Below are positions 36,900-50,100 of a DNA stretch of 64,000 nt, one piece after another (the first letter of the stretch is position 1; every line of letters starts with the position of its first letter). The stretch comes from Podarcis muralis. Its lineage: Eukaryota. Location: positions 36,890,001 to 36,954,000 of the forward strand of contig NC_135668.1 in the NCBI RefSeq assembly GCF_964188315.1, in the 5' to 3' direction. Made by a program: the position numbers and the translations under genes. The notes under the pieces are model-generated. The model did not search any database. It saw nothing but the letters and a program-made list of their open reading frames with translations, and was not told the DNA's origin.

Positions 36900-37320
36900 C
36901 TTGCAAATTGTAGGCAAATCTGTATCCTCGTTTGCCCCCGCGCAACTCCCGGCGCTGCATTTCCTCTTTCTTAGAGACACGTAAGCGGCTTCATCGGACT
37001 GACGGCGAGCAGACGGTCTCTAGACGCTCCTCCCGCCTCTCTCCTACCTGCATCCCTCCACCTGCTCAGCCCACCTGCGTCTCCATCCCTCCCGCTTTAC
37101 CTCGCCTTCCTTTTACCGCGCCGGGCGCTCGTGCCTTGGGAGATCTCGGCAAGCCCCCTGGAACGGGCAACCCTTCCTCGCCCCTTTGGATCTGGGAATT
37201 GTAGTCCGTACGTTGCAGCCACTCCGGGAAACGGAGTAATCACCGTGAGAACCTCTCAACTTTCCAGCCAGGCAACACCCAACATTATTTCTCGCGACGC
37301 TGGCCGCTTTCCAAGTTGGA
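36900..37320 (-). promoter_or_regulatory. Small CpG-rich promoter and probable non-coding first exon of JMJD8
   Basis: Local CpG cluster about 0.8-1.1 kb upstream of the JMJD8 ATG. Contains an ACTACAATTCCCAGA motif (minus, 37191-37205; ZNF143/THAP11-type) and TCTCGCGAC at 37290-37298. Candidate minus-strand donors near 37047 and 37100; candidate acceptor at 36195/36194. Confidence 0.6.
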
Positions 37321-37744
37321 AATGTGCAAAAATTAATCCCAGCTGTAGCAGCGCAGGAAAGACGGAAGGACTACATTACCCAGCAGGCACAGAGGGCACA
37401 GGATTAAGCCAAAGGGAGCCCCCCCCCCCGCAAAAGAATGTCGAAAGCCGGCTGTTTTGGTATTGGATACAAGGGCTAAGACTACATCACCCATAAAGCA
37501 TTGCAGCTGAAACGCGCACCCTTTCTTCTCTCGACGCACATGAGTTTCTCCTCTGTACTCTTACCAGAGAGGGTGGCGTTGTATGGAAGTAGCATCCCAA
37601 AACCAGATATATTCTTTGCCCTGCTGCAGAGCTCGTCGTGTTAGAATGTGCCACGACTGGAAAGCCCAAAGTCACGTTACCTCAGTGTGGGCTTGTCTTT
37701 CCTAATGCACACCTCCTGATAATTCGTGATTCAAATAAAAATTG

Positions 37745-38112
37745 CACTGATGCTTTTGAATTATGGTGCTGGAGGAGACTCTTGAGAGTCCCATGGAGTG
37801 CAAGAAGATCAAACTTATCCATTCTGAAGGAAATCAGCCCTGAGTGCTCACTGGAAGGACAGATCCTGAAGCTGAGGCTCCAATACTTTGGCCACCTCAT
37901 GAAAACAGAAGACTCCCTGGAAAAGACCCTGATGATGGGAAAGACTGAGGGCACCAGGAGAAGGGGACGACAGAGGATGAGATGGTTGGACAGTGTTCTT
38001 GAGGCTACGAACATGAGTTTGACCAAACTGCGGGAGGCAGTGGAAGACAGGAGTGTCTGGCGTGCTCTGGTCCATGGGGTCATGAAGAGTTGGACACGAC
38101 TAAATGACTAAA
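37745..38112 (+). mobile_element. BovB (RTE clade) LINE, 5'-truncated 3' end
   Basis: DAFELWCWRRLLRVPWSARRSNLSILKEISPECSLEGQILKLRLQYFGHLM...RRRGRQRMRWLD is the BovB ORF C-terminus; (gactaaa)n tail. Confidence 0.92.
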
Positions 38113-41100
38113 CGCCAAGTGTTGGCCCATTAGGGCGAGAAATCCAAACATTGAAGAAGTATAATCAAATAGTTTTGGGATCCCTTAAGATTAACACATT
38201 TATGGTATAGCCTGATGAATGAAGGTACAAATATACATGTTTGTGAGGATTGCAAAGTGAGGTCAGAAGGAAAGGAAGAACAGAAAAGTACAGGTGGTGA
38301 CAACTGCCTGATTAACAGGTTAGACTACTGCAACACATTGTACATGGGGCTGCCTTTGAGGGCGGCTTGGAAACAACAGCTGGTGCAGGAAGCAGCTGCT
38401 AGGCTGTTAACAGGGACAAAACATGAATGCTTAACTCTGGTTCTGGTCTTGACTGCACACTCCACCAATTTATTTATGGTCTCAGTTAAAAGTGCTGGTA
38501 TTGACTTTTAGAGCCGTATATGGTTCAGAACACCTATAACCAAAGAGCTGCCTTTCCCTTTATGAATCCATATGGACCCTGAAATTGTTATATGCCATTT
38601 TTTGCATGCTTCCTCCAAGAGAGGTCTAGAGGGTAGCAATGATAGAACAAACCTTTTCTGTAGTAGATCCCCACCCCTAGGAAGTGCTCTCTCCACGAAA
38701 GCTTTCCTGGAACCAACTTTGTCATTTTGGTAGCAAAGACATCCCCCCCCTGCAGTGGACATTTGGGTACCAGTGACTGGATGCTAACACATTTGTATTA
38801 TGTATTTTATTCTTTTTGTAGATCACTTGGAGGCTTTTCACTGTGCCAAGCAATTAAAAAATGCAATAAACCTAAGCAAACCATTCTCACCCAAAATATT
38901 TGATAGCACAATCCTTCATCAGTAACTCATTTAAGACATGTAGCATGATATAGTGTGTACACAGCCTTTATCTTTAAAGCACATTTCCCCCCCTCAAAAA
39001 ATTATGGACCCTGTAGTTGGTTAAGGGGTTCTTGGGAATTGTAGCTCTGTGAGATATAAACTAGAGCCCTGAATTATTTGAGGAAAGAATGTGCCTTGAA
39101 TGTGCTTTAAAGGGATAGTGGGCAGGTAGCTGTAGTCCTTCAGCCCACAAGTGAGAGCACTGAACCTCTTGAAATACTGCAATTAAAAGGCTTCACAGTC
39201 TGCCTTTGAAGTTCCTTTTCCCAGTAATGGTTACCTTCAGATCAGCTGCAGACTGTCCTAGGAAACTAAAATGTTCCCCCATTGGCTTTAGTAGGGCCAA
39301 ACAAAAAGTCACAACACAGAAGAGAGCAAGCTTTCAAGTTTCACAAAAGTCGTCCTCAGTTAAGATATATTACACAAAGCCAGAAGTGTGGGCAGGAGAG
39401 AAAAAAGATGTTCCTGGGCATGATGGAAAAGGCCAAGGCTACAATCTGTAACAGCTTTCCAAGGTGGAGCACTCCAGATATTTTAAACTACAATTCCCAA
39501 CAGCATGAGTCAAATAATGAGTGTGTGCCATGTCACCCAGAACATTAACACCTGCAGTTAGAAGACCACTCTGTGCTTGCATTAGTGCTATTTGAAGAAA
39601 AGAGGCAGGATGAACTAAAGCTGAACTTGCAGAAGGTCTCTTTAGAGAACTAGGTATTACAAGCAGGGCCTGCAACAAAATGTTGCAGGGCATTCCCACA
39701 GTCTTAAGTCAAGGATGGGGAAACTGTAGCCTCTTCAGATGTTGATGGACTTCAACTCCCTTCATTGCTGACCATGGACCATGTTGGCTTGATCAGCACT
39801 TGCAAGACCACCTATTCCCTATCCTTGATCTAAGTGTAGAGCTGTTGTTCAGGGGCCCAACCAACTGAAACACAAGCTCTGTAGTCCTTTCCAGGCCCTG
39901 AAGGGAAGGAAATAGGACCCCCCCACACCTGTCACAAAAAACCCTTCTCCTGCTGTGCTAAAAGGATCAGCTGACAGGTGATGCGAAAAACCTATGCATG
40001 AAATTAGAGAACCACAGCCATGCAGGGTAGACAATGCCATACTTGTGTTTGCTGATCTGTTATTAGATTCTCTGGGTGGTAGTCAATGTTAGTCCTACTT
40101 AGAGTAGACCCAATGAAAGCCCACCTCTATGCACTGGGCAGAAGGTCTGAAGGGGGGAATGGTATATGCACTTGCAAGCTCCCCACTTAATCAGACTTCC
40201 TGTCTAAGGCGTGGAGGTCTGGAGGGAAGAGTGGAAGGACAGAGGATGAAGATACAGTAGGTAGGGCCAGCACATATAGCCCAACTCCACCACCTACTCA
40301 TGATGGGGAGGTCACACAAGCTGCAGCAATGCATATTGCTAGGGAAGAGGAGACAGAGCGCAGGGTTGCTCTTTCAGCGGCAGATGCACATTCCTAGGAA
40401 TGTTTTGGCATAACTATTAGAAACATTCAGTGCTCCATACTTTTTCTGTTTATTAAGATTCTCCTAAGAAATTACACATCGTGCCAAAATTACTATATTT
40501 TGAAATTTAAAAAATAAAATCTGTTAAGTGCAACTAGGTAAGCCAAGTGTCTAAAGAAAACTACAGATTGTAACAGGGACATCTTGTGGAATGCCTGTTT
40601 TGCTTGGCAAGGTCTGTTACTGCTTCTCAATAAGAAATGGAAAATGGGTAGTCTGGCTGAATGGGTTTTATTGGATCAGCTTCTACTGCGGCAGGAATAT
40701 GCAAGCTTTCTACTTACAAATGGCTCTTCATCTGGCAGAATGGAGGGTAGGAGCTATATCACTGGATACATATAAAGCAAGACTAACCCACAATCAACAT
40801 TTTCCTAGTAGTAGCCTTTGCATGCTTTTTAACATTTCCGATTGCCTTGAGAGTCCTCCCCTACTACTCTTTTTTGTGTGTCAGAGCAATAGCAGCACAA
40901 ATGGCAAATCCCTCTATCCCCTTCGTGGCTCTTCTCTGAATCCCATCACTGTTCTCAACAGCTTTGTTCATATCCTATAGGTCAGCTCTATGACTTCCTA
41001 AAGGATAAAAGAATGGGATTGGTTAAGGTCCTGGGCAGGGGAGGGACATATGCCACCAGCTCACCCACAAGGACCAGTCTCACAGCTTAAGGTGGAGGGG

Positions 41101-41147
41101 GAGAAAAAAGGTGAATCCACCTGTGCATATAGTTCTTGCTAGAGGGC

Positions 41148-41153
41148 TTTATT
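41148..41153 (-). terminator. Probable KLHL10 polyadenylation signal
   Basis: Minus-strand AATAAA 16 nt after the stop codon. Confidence 0.55.
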
Positions 41154-41169
41154 AGTCAAGGAGAGCTTT

Positions 41170-44100
41170 TCACACAGGTAGTGTACTTGTGGATGAGGAG
41201 TACTTGACCTCATCTCTCTGAGCTGACCCCACGTAGTTGTCCCGCCTGGCAGCGTACTCCCCAACGTTGGGCAGCCCTGGCACCACGCAGCAGCTCAGGG
41301 CACTGCGGTAGATACTCATGTCGTGGGCGTCGTACCACTCGTCCGTCTTCTCATCATAGCACTCAACGTTGAACGTTGTTGTGAAGCCGTTGAAGCCGCC
41401 CACCACAAAGAGCAGGTCGTCCACCACTTCGATGCCAAAGTTGCTGCGAGGGTTGAACATGGTTGGGATGGTCCTCCAGGTGTTGGCGATGGGGTTGTAA
41501 GCTTCTGCACTCCGAAGGCGGTTGGCTCCGTCAAATCCGCCCACCTGTGAGGCAGCAAAAAGACAGGGAGTCATTTAGAGGAGGAGGTGGTGGCGGCGGC
41601 TGCTTCACACCAAGTCAGACCACTGATCCAGGTAGATCAAGGAGGCACTGTGCAGATGCTGGGCCCAAACTCCCTTCAGTTCCATGCAATAGCAGTAGTC
41701 AGGGCTGGTGCAGAAGGACATTTTATTGCCCAAGATGAAGGACAAGATGGCACAAGAGGGAAGCTGCCATAGGGGCCAATGACCAGAAAAGAGAGTTGTT
41801 GTCATCTGATCAAGTCTTCTGTGCACACTGAAAGCTTGCATAGCACTAGTTTAAATCAACACAAATTGTTTCAGTAGAAGACTTCACTGAGGCATTTGAC
41901 TCCCTACTTTAAATTACACCTCGGCATGGACTCACTACATGCCCTATATGCAAACTACAACTGTAGCCTTAACTTTACGGTGGGATAAAAGCAAAGACCT
42001 GCTATAGAGGGTTGCTGTACGGGTCACCAATACAGCACTTTAAATGCTTAAATTGGTGTACAACTGCTTGCAACTATGGTTATTCCATAGGCTACACGCA
42101 ATCAGGAGAAGGATTCTAGAGCATCTGCTTTTCATGCATCAGACCCCAGGTAACTTCAGGTAGGACTGAGAAGGAACTCTGCCTGAAACCCTGCAAAGTC
42201 AGTCAATGTAGACAGTAGTGAGCTGGACAGAGCAATGGTCTCATTCAGAATAAGGCAGCTTCCTGCAGTGCCATAGCAATGGGGGGTGTAGGGGGGGCCG
42301 GCCGCACCGGGCGCAACATGGGGGGGCACGCTCGCACTCACAGCTCTCTGCCCCTACCGGGTTAGGGGGCGCAAATTACTTGCCTTGCCCCGGGTGCTGA
42401 CAACCCACGCTACGCCACTGGCTTCCTGTGTTCCTATGTAATCCATTATATCTGCACTCAGCTGTTTGTTTTGACTTCCCCATTTCCTTCCTGGTGCAGC
42501 CCAAGCAATATGAATCAAAGCCCTGTCAGGCTGAGGACTTTTTCACTGTGGCTTGGATTTCTGTGGTTTAAATTGTTTTGTATGTGTTTTGGAATTATAA
42601 GAAACTTTAATGGATTTTTTTTTAAAAAAAACCCAATACATAAAAGCAATTTGACATGGAGAGGCTGAAATTATTTAGGCAGAGGTCACAGGTGGCATTT
42701 AATTTTTTAAAAACGAAAAGTGGTATATGAGGACTTAAACTGACCAGTCATGTGCCCCTAATACAGGAGCATATGAAATGGCTTTGCCTTGATAAGGAAG
42801 GACAGTCACTCTGAACATGCTCAGAAGTTCTCTTCCTTCCATACAACCTGCAGGTTGAAACAGCAAAAGCCTCCCACAAAAAAAACATGGCAGTGCATGG
42901 TAGTGTTGGGAGTATGTGATTTAGGAGCTTGACCCCAACTTCAGTGAGAGACTGTGGAAGCAATAGTTGCAACCCGCAGCATCAAACTGATGTATGGGAG
43001 AGAGTGGAACACTGTGAACTATGGACAAGCCACTGGAGGCCCTGCTTTCAGGTTTCCCTTGCTCTCAGTGTAGCCCCTGATCCCAAAGCATGTTTCCCAA
43101 AGAAAACATGCACTACTACACACAGAGGCCATGCAGAAACACAGGTTATAAGCTGCCACATCTTGCCTAACAATAGGTGTAATATATGGTATTTGGTAAT
43201 TGTAAAGGATGTGCGGGTACAGGTAATGTCGCTAGTTAGCATTAGTGATACCTGAGCTATATAATATGCACCAAACCAAGTAACGTGTTCTTTGCTATTC
43301 AGTAATCTCAGAATGTGTGTCGGCAACTTCCTACATTGGCAACCTCCCACAACAGAACAGAACTTTGGTGTGAGAAGTGGGATGAGGATTCAGCAGAACC
43401 ACCTGAAAGAATGGCCCAACATTGAGTGTAACTGCATGTACTTAGTGATTACCAAATACTATGTATCTTAAGCAGTAAGGCTGGCCCTGCTGCCATCACC
43501 ACAGGTGATGCACAGGCTGCAGCTTGGAGGTCTTAGTGCCAGGCATTGAGACCCCAGTAGCTGCCTGAAGACGCCAGGTGTTGATACCAGGCTGAGAAGA
43601 TCGCCACGCCCCCCAGAAGACCACTAAGCTACAGCATTCTTGCCATTTTGTGCCTATCCACTTCCTTAAATATATACAGTTCATGAGCAACAGCTTGGCA
43701 AGCACTTGGTCTACACCAAACCAAAGGGAGGCAGCACTGTTCCAACAACTTTACTGCCAAAGGGTCTGCAGGCTTGCCTGCCATTACGGGCACAAAAGGA
43801 CCCTGGCCTTACTGCGTAGACGTGTTCTCCGTACGCTATCACGCCAATGCCGCTTCGCCTGCTTCTCATGGGTGCGATCAAGCTCCACTGATCAATCTTG
43901 GCGTCATACACTTCTGCTGTGAACAGGCACTCATTTCCGTTGAACCCACCACATATATAGACCTTTTTTAAAAAAGGAAAGCAAAAAATAGGTTTGTGAA
44001 AATATTGTTGAAATAAATTTGGTGCCATTGTAGAGAGAATTGTTGGCCCTGTCCACTTTACACGCGTATTGGTTTGATGGCTTTTTAGTTGTTATGGTAT

Positions 44101-47100
44101 CCTCCAAAAAACCCTGGGGATTGTAGTTTGGTGAAAGCACTGAGAACTCTCACAGGCTTCCTAGGCCCCCGGGTAAAACTACAGCTCCCGTGATTCCTTG
44201 GGAGAAGAAATGACTGTTGTTAAGTGTGGATTATCAATTTTTAAATCCTGGCCTTCCTCCAAGCACCTCAAGGCAATGTATGTCGTACCTCCCATGTAAT
44301 TCTTACAACAACACTGTGAGGCTATGTTAGGCTGAGAGGGAACGGGACAAGGACATTCAGTGAGCTTTGTGGCTATGTAGGGATTTGAAGCTTATTCTCC
44401 ATAGTTCCACTATGACCACGGAACCCACACCAGCTCCTACCCTGGATACTCTTGAAAAGTTTGTATCAGGGTTTGGGAACCTGTGGCCCTCCAGATGCTG
44501 CTGGACTCCATCAGCCCCAGTTGGTATGTCCAATGGCCAAGGATGATGGCAGATGGAGTCCAACAACAGCTGGAGGACCACAGATTTTTCATCTCTGGTT
44601 TATATTAAAAGAAACCAAGGTTGATTTTCCTGTTGAAATAGCTGGATGGATAACCTCTCATTGCTTAAGATGTTAGAGCAGGCCTGCACAACTTGCCATT
44701 TATGCCTGATATGACGGTCCACCAGCAGCTTAATAGATGTTCTGTGTAACAGCCTGCCTGACACTGCAAAGCCAGCTGGGTTTATCCGGCACCTGGTAGG
44801 TCAATTTATGTGGCCGGTGGGCTGTTTCTAGCCAGATGTGGCAGAAATCATGCAGGGATTACAAGAAGCCAAATTGAAAAGGACGTTGGAAACTGCCTTA
44901 CACTGCATCAGACTATTTGTCCATCCAGTTTAGTATTGTTTACACTGACTAGCTGTGGCTCTCCAGGGTTTCAGAGGTCTTTCCCAGTCCTACTTGCAGA
45001 TGCCTGAGATTGAATGGATGCTTTACCCCCTGAGTTACAGCCCTGTTCCTTAAAATTATTTAAGATTCTTAAATATTTGTGCTCAGTTTATGGCCCTATA
45101 TCAGAGGAACTGCTCAAGTATGGATACAGCACCGAAACTGATGGGGTTCCCAGGACGCCTGACCGTGAGATTCACTAGACAAAACATGTGTGGCTGGCAG
45201 TGCTTATTGTTATCTTTTTTTGTTTTTTCAAAAGAGATCTCAAGTGCTGATTTATTTCATTTCATTTCCAGAGAGATAGCTGCTGCACAAAAACAATGAA
45301 AGTCTTATAGTGTCTGATGAAGTAGGGCTCTAATTCCTAACCACTCATGCCATAATACGTTTGTTAAGGTTTAAGATGCCACAAGTTGCCACCATTTATC
45401 TTGCTTTGCTCTTCATCTGACAGTGTTCCCAGAGCGGCGACCAATATAAGCAATAAAAAAGTATATCCATCAATAAAACAATACTGCCAAGCAAACTATC
45501 ACAATAATAAGCATTGCAAAGAGATACTGAAGGTTTTTAAAATCTACACGGAGCATTAAAAGGCCTAGAAAGATTTTCATCTGGTACCGAAAATAAAATA
45601 AAGATGTTTATTACTTCAGTTGATGGCAGAGCAGGGATATTCTCAAAGGCTGGACAGGTTTTTGCACTGGGGCTCTAAGCTATTTAAGGATGTCTAGGTT
45701 AAAATCAGAACTTTCCATTCTGAACAGAAACAGTTAATGTAGCTGATTTAAGATTGACATAATATGTTCTACATGAGTGGTCCCAGTTAATGAACATACT
45801 GCTATATTTTGCACTAAATGAGGTTTCAAAGCATCTTCAAAGGCAATTTCATGTACATGACATTGCAGTGTTCTAAACAAGATGTTGCCAGTGTGTGGAT
45901 AACTGTGGCCAAGCTATTGTCATCCAGGAGGGGTCACAGCTGGTGCACCAGCCTCAGCTGGTAAAAGGAATTTCAAGATGTAGAGGCCACTTGGGTCTCT
46001 CTAGATAAGGCCAAATACAGCAACACTCCTCACACTGCAGTGATCACCACCTCTCAGACCACATGAGCCACCAACTCACAACACCGTCATCTTATCTGAA
46101 CTGAGGTTCAGTTTATGGATCCCTCATCCCTCCCCCCCTCTGGTTCATTATCAATCAAAAGCAACTGTTTTGCATTTCCACAGTATTTCCATGTGGGTTT
46201 GATTAAAAAGAAAACAGAGCTTGGTGTCATTAAGTTTTGCTATTTTTCCTCTGTCCTAAAACCAGGTTTACGATACCTGTATTGTTGTCATCTTTACAGA
46301 AAGGAACAAAGGCTGGAAAAGGGGGGTAGTTTAGAAAGCAGCTCAGGATGGTGAGGGGCCTTGTGGACATCAGTCTAACCTCATTTCCTAATCTTCCCTT
46401 AATATTTAATTTCTTCTCTTGGAGGCAACCCCCCTAAAGTTTCACATCCATCCCTGTGACCTGTTTGCCTTAGCAGCTGGTTACCTTTTATAAACACTGG
46501 CCTACTTTATAGGGACACAGGTGGCGCTGTGGGTTAAACCACAGAGCCTAGGACTTGCCGATCAGAAGGTCGGCGGTTCGAATCCCTGTGACGGGATGAG
46601 CTCCCGTTGCTTGGTCCCTGCTCCTGCCAACCTAGCAGTTCGAAAGCATGTCAAAAGTGCAAGTAGATAAATAGGAACCGCTCTGGCGGGATGGTAAACG
46701 GCGTTTCCGTGCGCTGCTCTGGTTTGCCAGAAGCGGCTTAGTCATGCTGGCCACATGACCCGGAAGCAGTCTGCGGACAAACGCCGGCTCCCTCGGCCCA
46801 TAGAGCGAGATGAGCGCCGCAACCCCAGAGTCGGTCACGACTGGACCTAATGGTCAGGGGTCCCTTTACCTTTTACTTTCATTCTCATTACCTTTCCATA
46901 CAGGGTTGTAGCACTTGCATCACTCCTCTGCTCATGCATGGGGGCTATCAAGGTCCACTGGTTGGTCTCGGGCTCATACCTCTCAGCTGTGTTGAGACGC
47001 ACATAGCCGTCAAAGCCACCCATGGCATAGATGAAGTTATCAAGGACGGTGACACTAACGTAACAGCGTCGTGAGTGCATGGGTGCAACCTGGTGCCACG

Positions 47101-50100
47101 TCTTCTTGACAGGCTCAAATCGCTTGACGCTGTTGAAGTAGTCCACACTGTCAAAACCCCCAATGATGTAGACATAGCCCTTTAAGTAGGCGGCACCATG
47201 GTACGCCCGGGGGCTCTCCTGCTGGCATGTGACGTTCACCCAGCGGTCTGCACGGGCGTCATACGTTTCGATGGCATTGGTTGGGCTCCCACCGCTCCAG
47301 CCGCCAATGGCAAACAAAATGGCGTACGGCAGACGGGGTCTCGTCAGAGGGTTGGTGAAGTCGGAGCTAGATGGTCCGTTCATGTTGAGATCGTACATGG
47401 CTTTCAGGGCGTCGATAACAATGGGCTTGCACTCCTCGCTATCCTTCACATAGTCATGCATTTTGACATTGTTCATAAAATATTCAGCATGCATCAAGGC
47501 CAGGCGTACCTACAGAGAGGGGAGTGAAAAGGACTGGTGCTAAACAAGAAGCGTAATAGGAACGAGGCACATTCCTGCCTTATTATTCTCAAGTTCATGA
47601 GACAGGTCTGTTTCGCCACCATCACTCAGCCTGTAAACCTTGGCCACTGTGTTACAGGAGTCTTATTATGAAGTGGTATCCTCTCAGGAAGGTGGAGGAG
47701 TATAACTAAAGCTGCATTGAACTGTCTAGCAGTGAGATCACAGTGAAGGTCTCCATGACATGAAGAAAAACTATGTTATGCAGAGCTGATGCTATGATTT
47801 ATAACATCCTAATCAATTAGGAGACCAGTTATGAACACTTTCTTTTTACTGGAGGATCCAGAGAGCAGCAATCCTCCTTCTACCAACGTAATAATTTTAT
47901 TTTATTGCAGTACAGGCATTAGGACAGCAACTGTTTGGTATTTGTCCAACTGATGTTTTGGGACTCAGCAGCATCCAGGACGGTTGAAACCCTGGCTGCC
48001 AAGAATTCACTGGATCACCAACAGAAGATTCCACCAGCTGCATTAATTGCCGATTATTAGTTTTGCGATGTTATGTTTCAGTGATACTACATGGCTTATT
48101 GGATATTGTTACTGTACTACTGTATTTAGATTTTGATTTTTGCATGAACTGTTTTGAGAAGTGGGGTGTTGTGCATGTGATGCAGGTGCCCTCCCACTGA
48201 GCTACAGCTCTCCCCCAAATTATGACGCTTGTATCCTTGTGGTTAGCCAGCTGCCCCAACGGGAAGCCCACAAGCAGGACCTGAGTGCAACAGCACTCTC
48301 CCCACTTGTGATTCCCAGTGACTTGTAGCAACAGCAGTTTTTCAAGAATAAATACATGAATGAAACTCAGGGCGACATACATAACAGCCTAAGAGCCTCC
48401 TAGAACAGGCCTATGGCCCATCTAATCAGCATCCTGCTCTTAAGAGTGGCCTACCAGATGACTATGGGAACCTTGCAAGCAGAGCCCGAGTACAACAGCT
48501 CTCCCCACTTAGGATTCCCAGCAATTGGCATTCAGCAGCAATTGGCATACTGCCTCTTGCACCAAAGGTAGCACACAGCCATTATATGAAGCTGGTTGGG
48601 AAGTTAGCCAGCACTGTAGATCTGGAGACATAAGGGGTGGGATTCAACACCACACTATTACAACCGTTCCGTCAGCTCACACAGTTCTGCTTGCCAGATG
48701 GAACGATTCCCCCCCTCCTCCCTGTGTGCCATTCTGGGGGTTCTCCCAAACCACCCCCAGAGCTTATGGAGGGAGGCACAGTGGGGAGAAGGGGGGGAGC
48801 CCTGCAGCGCTAATGGGAGTCCTTGCACTGGCTCCTTCTAGCACAAGTATTTAGTTAAATCTGGTCCTAGATACCTGATGGACCCCCAAGATATTTAAAA
48901 GGGCTAACCTTAGGGAGCAGGACTGCCATGTGCTGCTTTCGGTTTGTGGGATCGTGGGCAATCCACTTGAGGATGGCCTCAAAGACGGCGTCTTCCTGTT
49001 TCACATTGAGTTCGTCCTTTTCAATGATGTCTTTAAACTCATTGACCGAGAGCTCCAGGAATTCAGTAGACGCTTTTACCATCTCCTCAAAGTTGTGCAA
49101 GATGAACATATAGGCCGCCTGCCGCAGCTCCGGACAGAAGTAGTACTCTGTGAATTTGCAGATACCAATACAGTTCTCCAGGCACAGCTGGCATTTCATG
49201 AAGTCAGAACAAGCCCTGACGATGCCCATCACATTAAATTGGTCAGCAGCCACAAGAAGCCTCTCCACATTGTCCACGGTGATGGGCACTGTCCTTGTGT
49301 AGGCGTATTCGATAATGAGTTTCATCATATCTGGGGTTATGCCAGGAATATTATATACTCTCTTCTCTGAGTTGTTCCAGCTACTGGTAAACAGAGCTCT
49401 GAAAAAGAACACAACTATTTCTCATTGGTCTTTGTTGCGTCTTGGGGTCCTGTTCCTCAAGGGGATGGTGTTGGGTCCACCGGGATCCTCCAGCTAACCC
49501 GCTGAACCTCTATAGCAATCCCCACAACTTTTTGGTGCTCATGACAGCTGCAAGCCTCATACTGCTTCTAAAAGTTGAACAGGAATTGGCACTACTACAG
49601 GTGCCACGTAATACCCATTTGGCATTTGTAAGAACTCAATTGTTTAGTGTGGCAGCGCCTGCACTTTGGAACTCCCTGGCTATTGAGATCAAGCAGACGC
49701 CTTCATGGTACTTGTTTTGGCACCTGCTAAAAACATTCTTGTTTAGACATGCCTACCCAGATGCTTAGAAAGTTGAGGTGATCTGTTTTAGTGTTTAGGG
49801 CACACCTGCCTGACTAGGAATTCAATGCAAGATTGAGCAACCTTGCACTAGTTCCTATGAACAGGCAGCACCTGTCTACAATGCTGACACTGTAACCACA
49901 CCCATCTTTAGGCCAGACTGCCAAAAAATAAATAAAAACTAAACAAAAAATAAATATTCAGACCAGATTGTCTAACATCAGGTCTGGGGTGCAATAAAAG
50001 TTGCAACAGATGGAATGCACATCAAGAGGCACATCATGGCTTCAACCTGTGGACTTGGTTGCCAGTGTAAACTATTGTTGACAATGACAGCTCTTGTCAT

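Noticed and set aside
37638-38111. 157-aa ORF as a host gene
   Set aside because: It is the C-terminus of the BovB reverse transcriptase joined to flanking sequence.
43950-43990. A-rich KLHL10 exon 4 acceptor (ttttttaaaaaag|) as a splicing defect
   Set aside because: A long pyrimidine tract lies just upstream and the 150-nt exon keeps frame; probably functional.
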